The notes under the pieces: generated by a model
What the model was told of the DNA's origin: nothing
Databases searched by the model: none
Seen by the model: only the letters and a program-made list of their open reading frames with translations
Assembly (NCBI GenBank): GCA_021399395.1
Contig: JAAFKJ010000047.1
Location: forward strand, 657 to 64,656
Source: Candidatus Heimdallarchaeota archaeon
GTDB taxonomy: Archaea; Asgardarchaeota; Heimdallarchaeia; Heimdallarchaeales; Heimdallarchaeaceae
Length of the DNA stretch: 64,000 nt
Reading direction: 5' to 3'
In this document: positions 47,453 to 56,444 of the stretch, piece after piece
How the letters are laid out: each line of letters starts with the position of its first letter
Position numbering within the stretch: the first letter of the stretch is position 1
Translations under genes and position numbers: made by a program

Positions 47453-48418
47453 ATGAAAATGGTGAATGAATCTGGAGATATTCATCAATTAGGTAAAGAC
47501 CTTGGATATCTTCCTTACATGATTGATAGATATATTACAATTTTTGGGGAGGAAGAAACTAAGGAACTTCTTCAGTTCAATGAAACCAAACTACCTAAAA
47601 CCATTAGACTAAATTCATTGAAAAACCCTCCAGAGGAAACAGAGAAATTACTGAGAAAAAAGCAAGTGGTAATGGAACGAGTAAAAAATCTTCCTGAGGC
47701 AAGAAGAATAATTAAATCCCCAATTCCCATCGGCGCATCTGAGGAGTATCTTAATGGTTATTATACCTTACAAGGAGAAAACTCTTTTTATCCCACCCAA
47801 ATACTTAACCCAAAAGAAGAGGATTTAGTTGCCGATCTTGCTGCAGCACCAGGAGGTAAAACATCACATCTAGCGCAATTAATGAAAAATAATGGTACAA
47901 TAATTGCAACCGAAATCAGCACAAATAGATGTAGAAGTTTAAAGTCCAACTTAGCGAGAATGGGTGTTGAGAATACAATAACAATCAACATGGATGCCAA
48001 CGATATTAGTTTATTAGATCTAAAATTTGATAAAATCCTTCTTGATGCTCCTTGTTCAGGATCAGGAATCATTATTTCTGACCCTAGTAGAAAATCAACA
48101 AAAACAAGCGATGATTTGCTTAATTATCACGAACTCCAAGTTTCGCTACTTACAAACGCTATTGATGTTTTAAAGCCACAAGGTGAAATAGTTTACTCAA
48201 CATGTTCACTTGAACCAGAGGAAAATGAACTCGTTATCACCAAAATTCTGGATTCAAAACCTGTGAAAATAGAGGAAATAGGTGTTTTTGGAGAAAATGG
48301 TTTGTTGAAGTTTCAAAACTATAATTTTAATCCCGAAGTAGTAAAAGCTAAACACTTGTACCCGCACAAGAGTTGTGGTGAAGGATTTTTCATTGTAAAG
48401 ATGGTGAAACAAAAATGA
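47453..48418 (+). CDS. NOL1/NOP2/Sun family RNA cytosine-C5 methyltransferase
   Basis: Contains the SAM motif DLAAAPGGKTSH and the catalytic Cys motifs DAPCSGSG and YSTCSLEPEENE. Confidence 0.85.
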   Translation: MKMVNESGDIHQLGKDLGYLPYMIDRYITIFGEEETKELLQFNETKLPKTIRLNSLKNPPEETEKLLRKKQVVMERVKNLPEARRIIKSPIPIGASEEYLNGYYTLQGENSFYPTQILNPKEEDLVADLAAAPGGKTSHLAQLMKNNGTIIATEISTNRCRSLKSNLARMGVENTITINMDANDISLLDLKFDKILLDAPCSGSGIIISDPSRKSTKTSDDLLNYHELQVSLLTNAIDVLKPQGEIVYSTCSLEPEENELVITKILDSKPVKIEEIGVFGENGLLKFQNYNFNPEVVKAKHLYPHKSCGEGFFIVKMVKQK

Positions 48419-48963
48419 TAATGAATGATTTTACTTTCCGTAGAGCATCAAATTCAGAAAATGAATTGGTTAAAAAACACATTCAGGAAAAATTCGGTTC
48501 AAAAACCATTCAAATATTTTCTCATAAACAGATATGGATTAAGGAAGGAAGGATAAAAGAAGTTTTTCTGGTTCGTGAAAAACTAGAAAATATCCTTGAT
48601 AAACTATCAGAGTGGATATATTCTATGGGTATTCCAATTGGGAGTCTATGTGAAGATATGTTCCAGTTAGAAATAGAGGGTTCGTATCTAATATTACCTT
48701 ATACAAGTAATATAATCAAAGTTAAAACAAATCAATTTCTATATGGTAAACCTATTTTTGTGGAAAATGTTGACTCATTTACTTCCGATTTCAATAAGGG
48801 AGATCATCTAATAATAATTGGGAATAATGATATACATTATGGAGTTGGGAAGGCAGAAATTGGAGCGAGGGAGGCTAATAGTGCTCAACCAAATACCATA
48901 CTTGTGAAAGGCTTACAAAATAAACCACTAGATCGAGGATGGTATTTACGTAAGGGAAATTAA
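48415..48963 (+). CDS. Nip7-like PUA-domain protein
   Basis: 182-aa ORF whose ATG overlaps the upstream stop (ATGA). The C-terminal half (FLYGKPIF...HYGVGKA...LDRGWYLR) resembles the Nip7 PUA domain. Confidence 0.6.
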   Translation: MIMNDFTFRRASNSENELVKKHIQEKFGSKTIQIFSHKQIWIKEGRIKEVFLVREKLENILDKLSEWIYSMGIPIGSLCEDMFQLEIEGSYLILPYTSNIIKVKTNQFLYGKPIFVENVDSFTSDFNKGDHLIIIGNNDIHYGVGKAEIGAREANSAQPNTILVKGLQNKPLDRGWYLRKGN

Positions 48964-49135
48964 TTGTACTTTGTCTCCAAAATTAAATACTCTTACAATA
49001 AATGAACAGTTTTACTTCTAACAAAATCAAAAAGTATTTAAGTAATCTTTGAGGACGTAACTTAGTTTTAAAGCATGTTATATGCAAATTGTATTTATTT
49101 TGCAGTACATTTGTCTTTGATATAAACATACAGAG

Positions 49136-51055
49136 TTGAAGAATTTGAGCTTCAGAGAAGTATTAGACCAGATTTCCAAAGATATACATAAGGAACTACC
49201 ATCTAATTCAGAAATTACACAGATAGAATTTGAGGGACCAGAAGTTGCTGTTTTCTCAAAAAACCCTCGTGTTCTAGTAGATGATGAAACCATTGTAAAA
49301 GAATTAGCTAAGAAGCTTCGAAAGAGAATAGTCATACGTTCAGATCCCAGTGTTAGACTTCCAAAAGATGAAACAATATTCACCATAAATGAATTGGTCG
49401 GAAAAGAAGGCGAAATAACTTCAATTGATTTTGATGAACTTGTTGGTGAGGTTATCATTGAAGCTTTGAAACCAGGTGTAATTATCGGTAAATCAGGTGA
49501 AATGTTGAGAACAATAATCGCTAAAACACTATGGCGACCTAGAGTGATGAGAACACCACCTATAGAATCCCGAGTTATTAAAACCATCAGACATCTCTAT
49601 CAAGAGCATTCTAAGAGAAGGCAAGAAATTCTCAGATTAATTGGAAAAAGAATTCATAGACCTGTAATCTACAGAGATGATACTATTCGTGTAACAGCAC
49701 TTGGTGGTTTTGCTGAAGTTGGAAGAAGTTGTGCTCTAATACAAACTGGAGAAAGTAGAATTCTTGTAGATTGTGGGATCAATGTTGGAAGCAATACTCC
49801 AAACAATACATTTCCACGCTTTGATTTACCAGAGTTCAATATTGAAAATCTTGATGCAGTGGTCATTTCTCACGCACATCTTGATCATTCAGGATTCGTC
49901 CCCTATTTATTCAAGTATGGGTATAAGGGAGCAGTGTATACTACAAGACCAACAAGAGATTTGATGACCATGTTACAAATTGATTATCTCGATGTTGCTC
50001 AAAAAGAAGGTAAAACACAACCCTATGAACAGAAGGACATCAGAGAATCTGTTTTACACAATGTAGTATTAGATTATGGAGAAGTTACAGACATAACTCC
50101 TGACATTAGATTAACATTCCACAACGCTGGGCATATTGTTGGAAGTGCAATTCCACACCTCCACATAGGAGAAGGGGTATACAATATGGCTTTTGCACAA
50201 GACATTAAATTTGCAAAGTCAAATCTTCTAGATTCTGCAAATTGCAGATTTCCAAGACTGGAGACATTATTTATTGAATCAACATATGGTAAACCACATG
50301 ATATTCTTCCTTCCAGAGCTGAGTGTACAAAGTTGCTACGGAATATTGTTTTTGATACAATTAAAAAAGGTGGAAAGGTATTAATTCCAGTGTTAGCAGT
50401 AGGGAGAGCTCAGGAAATTCTTGTTATTCTCGAAAATTTAATGAAAGTAGGAGAATTACCATCTATTCCAATTTACACTGATGGTATGATTAGAGAGGCT
50501 TCAGCTATTACAACAGCTCATCCTGAATTCCTTTCCAAAGGAGTAAGAGAAAGAATTTTCCATGATGGAGAGAACCCATTTTTAGCTGAACAGATGAAAC
50601 ATGTTTCTTCTGCTGAAGAACGTGATTTGATTATAGTAGGTGATCCTGCCATAATTGTAGCAACTAGCGGAATGCTAAATGGTGGTCCCAGTGTTCAATA
50701 CTTCAAAGCTCTTTGTATGGACCCAAACAATTCTATGGTTTTTGTGAGCTATCAAGGTAAAGGGACTCTAGGAAGTAAAATTCAGAAAGGCATTACTGAG
50801 ATACAGATGGTAGAAAGAGGTAGAACTGTAATGCATCACATTGAAATGGCAGTTCACAGTATTTCAGGATTTACAGGTCACAGTGATAGAAGGGAACTTG
50901 AAAACTATATTAACAAAGTAACTCCAAAACCAGAAAGAGTGGTTGTAATTCATGGTGATGAGACAAAAGTAACAAAATTTGCTTCATGGATTTATAAAAC
51001 TACAAAAAGAGAAAGTCTTGCTCCACCTAACGGAACAACAATACGATTGAAATAA
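49136..51055 (+). CDS. aCPSF1 (FttA) beta-CASP/metallo-beta-lactamase ribonuclease with N-terminal KH domains (TTG start)
   Basis: 639-aa ORF with the MBL motif HAHLDHSG, a beta-CASP region and N-terminal KH repeats (IIGKSGEM). The first in-frame ATG would delete the KH domains, so TTG 49136 is inferred as the start. Confidence 0.9.
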   Translation: MKNLSFREVLDQISKDIHKELPSNSEITQIEFEGPEVAVFSKNPRVLVDDETIVKELAKKLRKRIVIRSDPSVRLPKDETIFTINELVGKEGEITSIDFDELVGEVIIEALKPGVIIGKSGEMLRTIIAKTLWRPRVMRTPPIESRVIKTIRHLYQEHSKRRQEILRLIGKRIHRPVIYRDDTIRVTALGGFAEVGRSCALIQTGESRILVDCGINVGSNTPNNTFPRFDLPEFNIENLDAVVISHAHLDHSGFVPYLFKYGYKGAVYTTRPTRDLMTMLQIDYLDVAQKEGKTQPYEQKDIRESVLHNVVLDYGEVTDITPDIRLTFHNAGHIVGSAIPHLHIGEGVYNMAFAQDIKFAKSNLLDSANCRFPRLETLFIESTYGKPHDILPSRAECTKLLRNIVFDTIKKGGKVLIPVLAVGRAQEILVILENLMKVGELPSIPIYTDGMIREASAITTAHPEFLSKGVRERIFHDGENPFLAEQMKHVSSAEERDLIIVGDPAIIVATSGMLNGGPSVQYFKALCMDPNNSMVFVSYQGKGTLGSKIQKGITEIQMVERGRTVMHHIEMAVHSISGFTGHSDRRELENYINKVTPKPERVVVIHGDETKVTKFASWIYKTTKRESLAPPNGTTIRLK

Positions 51056-51056
51056 T

Positions 51057-51548
51057 TTACAACTGAAATTTCCAAATATCATCTTTAAGATGATGGATGG
51101 TCTTTATGACTTTCCCTTGTTTTGTTTTTTCAAATTTTTCAGAGTTTACAAGGGAAATTCCTACTCCTAACAAACTATCTGCTTTCTCTTCGTGAATAGA
51201 CACAACTGACCCTTCAGTTATTTTTTCGTCGAAGTAAACTATTCCTGGAGCCATAACATCTGCTCCATTTGTTATAAAACGAATTGCTCCAGTATCAACG
51301 ACTATTTTTGGAAGTCCAATTTTATTTTCTCTTAAGAAATGAATTGTTGGTGTTTGTTGTTTATCATAATCAAAAAACCATATTCTTCCGTCTTTCACTA
51401 GAAAGGTACCTTCATCTGTTCTTACTTCTTCTATAGCTAACGTTTTTTCAAAAGATAATATAATACCCTCACCATAGAACATCTCAAGATTTTCTTTTAG
51501 GGTTTTTTTGTCTTTTTTTGATAACATGTTTCTTGATTTAATTTGCAT
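51057..51548 (-). CDS. PUA-domain RNA-binding protein (Tma20/MCT-1-like)
   Basis: 163-aa ORF with the C-terminal PUA pattern VVDTGAIRFITNGADVMAPGIV. Confidence 0.7.
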   Translation of the reverse strand: MQIKSRNMLSKKDKKTLKENLEMFYGEGIILSFEKTLAIEEVRTDEGTFLVKDGRIWFFDYDKQQTPTIHFLRENKIGLPKIVVDTGAIRFITNGADVMAPGIVYFDEKITEGSVVSIHEEKADSLLGVGISLVNSEKFEKTKQGKVIKTIHHLKDDIWKFQL

Positions 51549-51568
51549 GTAAAAACCTCTGAAGATAT

Positions 51569-52009
51569 TTATTTCTTCAACTTTTCAAGGATTGATCCAT
51601 AAGATTTTTTTATAGCCTCATATCTATCTTTTGAGGACATTCCTAGAACATACATTTGCTCTTCATTTTCTAATCGTCTGTTATACTCTTCCCTCAGTGT
51701 AGTGATGAATGTATCAATTGCATCCCCTATATTTGACAATAAATCGATACCAGGTGTGGGGATAGTGTAGATATATTTCAGAGTGGGATATGTATCTGCT
51801 TTTCTCTCAATCAAACCAATTTCTAACATCTGTTTGAGGTGTTTTTCAACAGCTGGTCTAGAAATTTTAAGCTCTTTAGTAAGTTCGTCAGCAGTGAGTT
51901 TCATATTACTTAGGAGTTTTAGTACGGTTCTTCTTGTGGAATCTCTGAAAATAGAATAGATTGTATCAACAATAGGAGATTTTTCTTTCTCATCACCAAA
52001 CTCTGACAT
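51569..52009 (-). CDS. ArsR-family winged-helix transcriptional regulator
   Basis: Contains RRTVLKLLSNMKLTADELTKELKISRPAVEKHLKQMLEIGLIER. Confidence 0.7.
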   Translation of the reverse strand: MSEFGDEKEKSPIVDTIYSIFRDSTRRTVLKLLSNMKLTADELTKELKISRPAVEKHLKQMLEIGLIERKADTYPTLKYIYTIPTPGIDLLSNIGDAIDTFITTLREEYNRRLENEEQMYVLGMSSKDRYEAIKKSYGSILEKLKK

Positions 52010-52155
52010 AGCATTTTAACAGGTTAACGTTCGATATAAATTGTTGTCGGTTAAACTGTAAGGTTAAAGCTTCAAACTATGGGCTTAAGTTTATATTCCG
52101 ATTACTTAAAAAAAACATTATATAAAGAGATTATATTTATGAGGTAGGGAAAAGA

Positions 52156-53058
52156 ATGAGCCAAGACGACATAAGAATGTATGAAGAACTTCTTCAACTT
52201 CTAGAAGAGCGACGTAAGAAAGAAGAGATAGACGAATCAAGTTTCATTGAGTTAAAAGAAAGATATACTGAGAAACTAGAAAAAACAAAGGAAGCATTCA
52301 AATTCCAAGAAGATGCTCCTACTGTTAGAGTCGCAGGAGAAAAAATCTTAACTCAAGATGCTTTAACAGTTTCAGGTGCTGCCACAATTACAGGAGGGAA
52401 GATTATGAGGGACATCAGAATATCAGGATCTGGAAGAATCACAAGTGCAGTTGAATGCAATTCTCTGCGATGTTCTGGAGTAGTAAAAGCTTTAGGCGAC
52501 ATTATTGCTCATGGAGAGGTAAAATGCTCTGGCTCATTTAAATGTGAGGGAAATCTTCATGGGGATGGGAATGCAACTTTTAGTGGATCCGCTAAAACTG
52601 CTGGGGAAGTTGTTATTCAAGGTAACCTTACAATTTCAGGATCATATAGAAGTGGAAAGAATACGCAAGCTGTAACTGGTGCATCGTTAATTGGGTCAAC
52701 AACAATAGAGGGGAATTTACTATCTGAAAATTCTATCAAGATTGGAGGGAAGGCGCGTATACGTAAAAATATACTGTGTGAAAACATACTAATTGAAGGC
52801 AGGAGGACAGTATTTGAATCTTGGTTCTTTAGAAGACAAAAGAAATTAGTTCACGTCGAGGGAAATATTATAGCGCAAAAAGATGTTGATGTCCAAGATG
52901 TTCACGTTCGTAAGAATATCAAAGGAAGAACTGTCAAATTGGGACCAAATACTCAAGTTGAAGGAAAGGTTTACTATGTTGAAGATTTATTTCTGAGTAA
53001 AAGTGTTAAGTTGTTGAAAGAGCCTGTAAAAATAAAACAGGAAGATCTCAAACTTTAA
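52156..53058 (+). CDS. Bactofilin-like beta-helix repeat protein with N-terminal coiled-coil
   Basis: Has repeats such as ISGSGRITS, CSGVVKALGDI, CSGSFKCEGNL, FSGSAKTAGEV and ISGSYRSG. The N-terminal roughly 50 aa are charged and helical. It is a paralogue of 2283-3473. Confidence 0.6.
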   Translation: MSQDDIRMYEELLQLLEERRKKEEIDESSFIELKERYTEKLEKTKEAFKFQEDAPTVRVAGEKILTQDALTVSGAATITGGKIMRDIRISGSGRITSAVECNSLRCSGVVKALGDIIAHGEVKCSGSFKCEGNLHGDGNATFSGSAKTAGEVVIQGNLTISGSYRSGKNTQAVTGASLIGSTTIEGNLLSENSIKIGGKARIRKNILCENILIEGRRTVFESWFFRRQKKLVHVEGNIIAQKDVDVQDVHVRKNIKGRTVKLGPNTQVEGKVYYVEDLFLSKSVKLLKEPVKIKQEDLKL

Positions 53059-53148
53059 TCGCGCCCTTTTCCCTATTTTTTCATAATTGCATTTTAGACT
53101 AAAAATGCCATTAATTACACCTCAAGCCACGATAAAAATAGAGGAATA

Positions 53149-53182
53149 AGGATAAGAAGTACTTATCCTATTTTTTGTTTTT
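53149..53182 (+). terminator. Hairpin plus T-tract, putative terminator of 52156-53058
   Basis: An 8-bp perfect stem AGGATAAG/CTTATCCT (53149-53169, 5-nt loop) is followed by ATTTTTTGTTTTT. Confidence 0.35.
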
Positions 53183-53195
53183 ACAAATTATGATG

Positions 53196-53480
53196 GGTTT
53201 TTGTCATGTTGGCACGTTAACCAACATAGTTGAGCACATTTTATAGACGATGTATGTGTCATTCCTTATGGGTCTACGCACATTCTATAGGGGTACATCA
53301 CGTACCCTCCTACCCCGTTCACACCATTTATGGTGCTTTCGGATCGCTTGTTCCCTTCGTGATGGGTATAATGGAAAGGATTCCATTTCTCTCGTAACTT
53401 GACTACAATCCCAGTGGGAGGTGGTCACATAGGCTACTTGAGCGGTAAACCCCGCTCCTACTTCTTCAAGACCTTTTGAC
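53196..53480. ncRNA. Unassigned GC-rich structured RNA candidate (minus strand slightly favoured)
   Basis: It lies in an ORF-free gap between convergent genes. By hand count, 53201-53480 has 128 G+C of 280 nt (46%), against 28-32% in the adjacent 60-nt flanks. Perfect hairpins occur at 53206-53227 (7 bp), 53291-53307 (6 bp), 53322-53335 (5 bp), 53371-53386 (6 bp) and 53440-53457 (6 bp). Confidence 0.5.
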
Positions 53481-53488
53481 TATATAAT
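53481..53488 (-). promoter_or_regulatory. TATA-box-like ATTATATA upstream (minus strand) of the GC-rich RNA candidate
   Basis: The minus strand reads GGGAGATTATATAGTCAAAAGGTCTTGAAGAAGTAGGAGCGGGG. The box is about 20-25 nt upstream of where the GC-rich sequence begins. Confidence 0.3.
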
Positions 53489-53550
53489 CTCCCGTAATAT
53501 CTTACTTTCAGTCTTCTTTCAAACTGATTAGTAACCTATTTAAGATGACT

Positions 53551-55077
53551 TCAGGACAAAGTTCTTTCATAAATTTTTGAGAATTTTTCTTCAAGATATT
53601 TTAGATGATATTTTGGTGTTAAATCTTCTCCAGTTATACTCTTGACCATATCAAGGCAATCTAAGGTTCCACCTTTTTCATGAACATTAGTTTTAAGCCA
53701 CTCTCGGATTGGTGTGAATTTACCTTTTTGCAAAGAGTTTTGCCATTCTGGAAGACTTTTATTCATTTTAGCTGTTATCTGAGAGGAGATTAGATCCCCT
53801 ATTCCATAACCGAAGAAGTAACCATAGTATTGAGAATACCAATGCAAATCTTGCATCAACCCCAAAGTATCATTTGGAACATCAACGCCTAGATATTGTT
53901 TGTATTTTTCATTCCAAACTTGAGGTAATTCGTTGGTTTTTATTTTTCCAGCAAACCAATCCCTTTCAATTTCAAAACGGATAATGATATGCAAAATATA
54001 GGTCACTTCATCAGCTTGAATTCTTATAAACCCAGGAGTTACAGCATTAAGTGCAGAATAGAAATCATTTGAAGAGATATCATCAAAAACCCCATCAGCA
54101 TCCTTCTTAAACTGTTTATAATAATAGTCCCAAAACTCTTCTGAACTTGCGACAATGTTTTCAAATAATCTAGATTGTGACTCGCCAAAACTGGGAGAAG
54201 ACATTCGATAAATAGGTTGATTATACCACTCATCCTTTCCTTGTAAACTATGAATAGCATGCCCACATTCATGAGCTCCAGCAAGAAAAGCTGCTAGAAT
54301 ATTATCTTCATGATACTTGACTGTAACCCTAACATCTTTGTACCCACCACCTATAGTAAGTGGGTGTTCTACCTCAGCGATATTACCAGGAGCATCTTTT
54401 GAATAGAAATCATATTCCAAATATTTTGCCAGATTTTCCACCATTTTAACCTGTGTTGAACGTGATACATGTCTTGATAAAAAGGATCTATCAGGTTTTA
54501 CACCAGATTCTTTACATGTCTTGATAAATGGAACCAAGAATGATTTAGCTTCATCAAAAAGTTTGGTAAGTGAATCTACACTAAAACCCTTATCCCGACT
54601 ATCGATTAGTGCATTAAAGGGGTCATTCATTTCTTTAGATTCAGCTAATAATGAAGCTGATTCCAAATTAAGATCAAACAATATCTCTAAGTCAGGAAGA
54701 ACCATCTGAAAATCAATTTTTTCCTTAGCTTTTTTCCATACTTCTAGAGTTTTGTTTGATTGAGCCGCAAGCTTTCCTACAAGTTCAGAAGGTAAAATTG
54801 TTCTACTGTCATATGTTCTCCGTAGAAGTTCAACATTTCTTCTTTGAATCTCATTGAGAGAAGAGTCTTGTTCACAAGAATTCAGAAGAATACCAACTTC
54901 AGGATCAGTAATTAAACCATGAGTTTTTTGGCTGATATATTGAAACTGTTTTGCTCGCTGACCTACAGCAGCTGGAGGCATGTAAGTATTCATATCCCAG
55001 TATAAAACCCCACTAATTGAATTTAATAGTTGTATTTCTTGATAACGATCAAGTAATGTTTTGTAAGCGGTTTTCAT
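53551..55077 (-). CDS. Carboxypeptidase Taq-type M32 metallopeptidase
   Basis: Contains HECGHAIH (HExxH), IRIQADEVTY and GLMQDLHW, the M32 signature motifs. Confidence 0.9.
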   Translation of the reverse strand: MKTAYKTLLDRYQEIQLLNSISGVLYWDMNTYMPPAAVGQRAKQFQYISQKTHGLITDPEVGILLNSCEQDSSLNEIQRRNVELLRRTYDSRTILPSELVGKLAAQSNKTLEVWKKAKEKIDFQMVLPDLEILFDLNLESASLLAESKEMNDPFNALIDSRDKGFSVDSLTKLFDEAKSFLVPFIKTCKESGVKPDRSFLSRHVSRSTQVKMVENLAKYLEYDFYSKDAPGNIAEVEHPLTIGGGYKDVRVTVKYHEDNILAAFLAGAHECGHAIHSLQGKDEWYNQPIYRMSSPSFGESQSRLFENIVASSEEFWDYYYKQFKKDADGVFDDISSNDFYSALNAVTPGFIRIQADEVTYILHIIIRFEIERDWFAGKIKTNELPQVWNEKYKQYLGVDVPNDTLGLMQDLHWYSQYYGYFFGYGIGDLISSQITAKMNKSLPEWQNSLQKGKFTPIREWLKTNVHEKGGTLDCLDMVKSITGEDLTPKYHLKYLEEKFSKIYERTLS

Positions 55078-55151
55078 TTATTTCGCTTAAGTTTTCATTT
55101 TACTATTCAAAAATATTACCCAAAAATGTAAAAGAAAAAAGAGAAAAAGAA

Positions 55152-56399
55152 TTAATCTCCAAGATATTTAGCAGAACTGCCAAGTTGTTCTTCAATCCGC
55201 AATAATTGATTGTATTTTGCTGTACGTTCGCCTCTAGCGGGAGCACCAGTCTTTATCCTTTCGGCACCGATAGCAACAGCCAAATCTGCAATGAATGTAT
55301 CTTCAGTTTCTCCTGATCGATGTGATATATTTATACCCCACCCGTCAGTTCTAGCTAATTCAGCAGCCTGAATTGCTTCTGTCAATGTTCCGATTTGGTT
55401 TACTTTTAGAAGAAGGTAATTTGCTGCTTTTTTGTCAATTGCAGTTTTTATTCGGACTGGGTTAGTTACTGTCAGATCATCTGCCACTACAGAGATATGA
55501 GGTAATTTAGCAAGTAATTTTGCGAATGAATCAAAATCGTTTTCATCAAATGGATCTTCAATTGAGATAATTGGATATTTCTCAACGAGGTCAACATAGT
55601 AGTCTACTAGTTGTTCTCCAGTTAGTTTTTTACCATCTACTTCATACAGATTGTTTTCATAAAATTCTGAAGCAGCTGAATCTAATCCTATTGATATCTG
55701 TTTCCCTGGAGCATATCCTGCCTCGGTTATTGCTTCTACCAACATATTAAGTGCTTCAGGCGCAGTATCTACTGGACTACCAAAACCACCTTCATCACCT
55801 AGATTTATCGCAGAAGGACCGAATTTCTTTAGGTTATTTCTAAGGATTTGATAGACTTCACAAATAGATCTCAATGCCTCTTTGTATTGAGCAAAACCAT
55901 GTGGAATTAACATGAACTCTTGTATTTTCAAATTACCACCAGCGTGTTCTCCACCATTAATTACATTGAGCATAGGGACTGGTAATGTCTTTGATTCCTT
56001 GTTTAAGTAAGCGTAAATTGGCAAATTGAGTTCATCCGCTGCAGCTTTACAAACAGCCATTGATACACCAAGTATGGCATTAGCACCTAGATTTGATTTT
56101 GTGTCTGTTCCATCTAACTCAAGCATTAACTCATCGATTGCTTTCTGTTCTGTAGCTTCTAATCCAATTATCTTTGGTGCTATGATTTCGCGAATGTTTT
56201 TTACAGCCTTGAGAACCCCTTTACCTAGGAATCTTGAATCTTTATCTCTGAGTTCTAAAGCTTCGTGTTCTCCTGTTGATGCTCCTGAAGGAACAAGGGC
56301 TCTTCCAAACCCACCTTCTGTATATACATCGACTTCAACAGTTGGGTTACCTCTTGAATCTATAATTTCTCTTGGAATAACTTTTGTTATCTTACCCAT
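55152..56399 (-). CDS. eno: Enolase
   Basis: Contains ITKVIPREIIDSRGNPTVEV at the N-terminus, SHRSGETEDTFIADLAV and a C-terminal KYNQLLRIEE. The start is at the internal ATG (MGKITKV). Confidence 0.95.
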   Translation of the reverse strand: MGKITKVIPREIIDSRGNPTVEVDVYTEGGFGRALVPSGASTGEHEALELRDKDSRFLGKGVLKAVKNIREIIAPKIIGLEATEQKAIDELMLELDGTDTKSNLGANAILGVSMAVCKAAADELNLPIYAYLNKESKTLPVPMLNVINGGEHAGGNLKIQEFMLIPHGFAQYKEALRSICEVYQILRNNLKKFGPSAINLGDEGGFGSPVDTAPEALNMLVEAITEAGYAPGKQISIGLDSAASEFYENNLYEVDGKKLTGEQLVDYYVDLVEKYPIISIEDPFDENDFDSFAKLLAKLPHISVVADDLTVTNPVRIKTAIDKKAANYLLLKVNQIGTLTEAIQAAELARTDGWGINISHRSGETEDTFIADLAVAIGAERIKTGAPARGERTAKYNQLLRIEEQLGSSAKYLGD

Positions 56400-56444
56400 A
56401 TATATCAAGAGGAAAAACAAGAAGCAATTATTAAGGATTTTTAA

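Noticed and set aside
49078-49587. 169-aa minus-strand ORF antisense to the 5' part of aCPSF1.
   Set aside because: The plus-strand frame encodes the conserved KH domains of aCPSF1. The antisense product is a low-complexity Ser/Ile/Thr-rich sequence.
53196-53480. Direct calls of RNase P RNA, SRP RNA or 5S rRNA for the GC-rich island.
   Set aside because: Short resemblances exist (a P15-like UAGGCUACUUGAGC, and ACCCAUCACGAAGGGAACAAGC versus 5S loop C). The invariant CR-I (GAGGAAAGUCC), the SRP helix-8 GGAA/AGCA and the 5S CCGAAC/GAAGUUAAGC motifs are absent on both strands, and the element order does not fit. I kept it as an unassigned ncRNA candidate.
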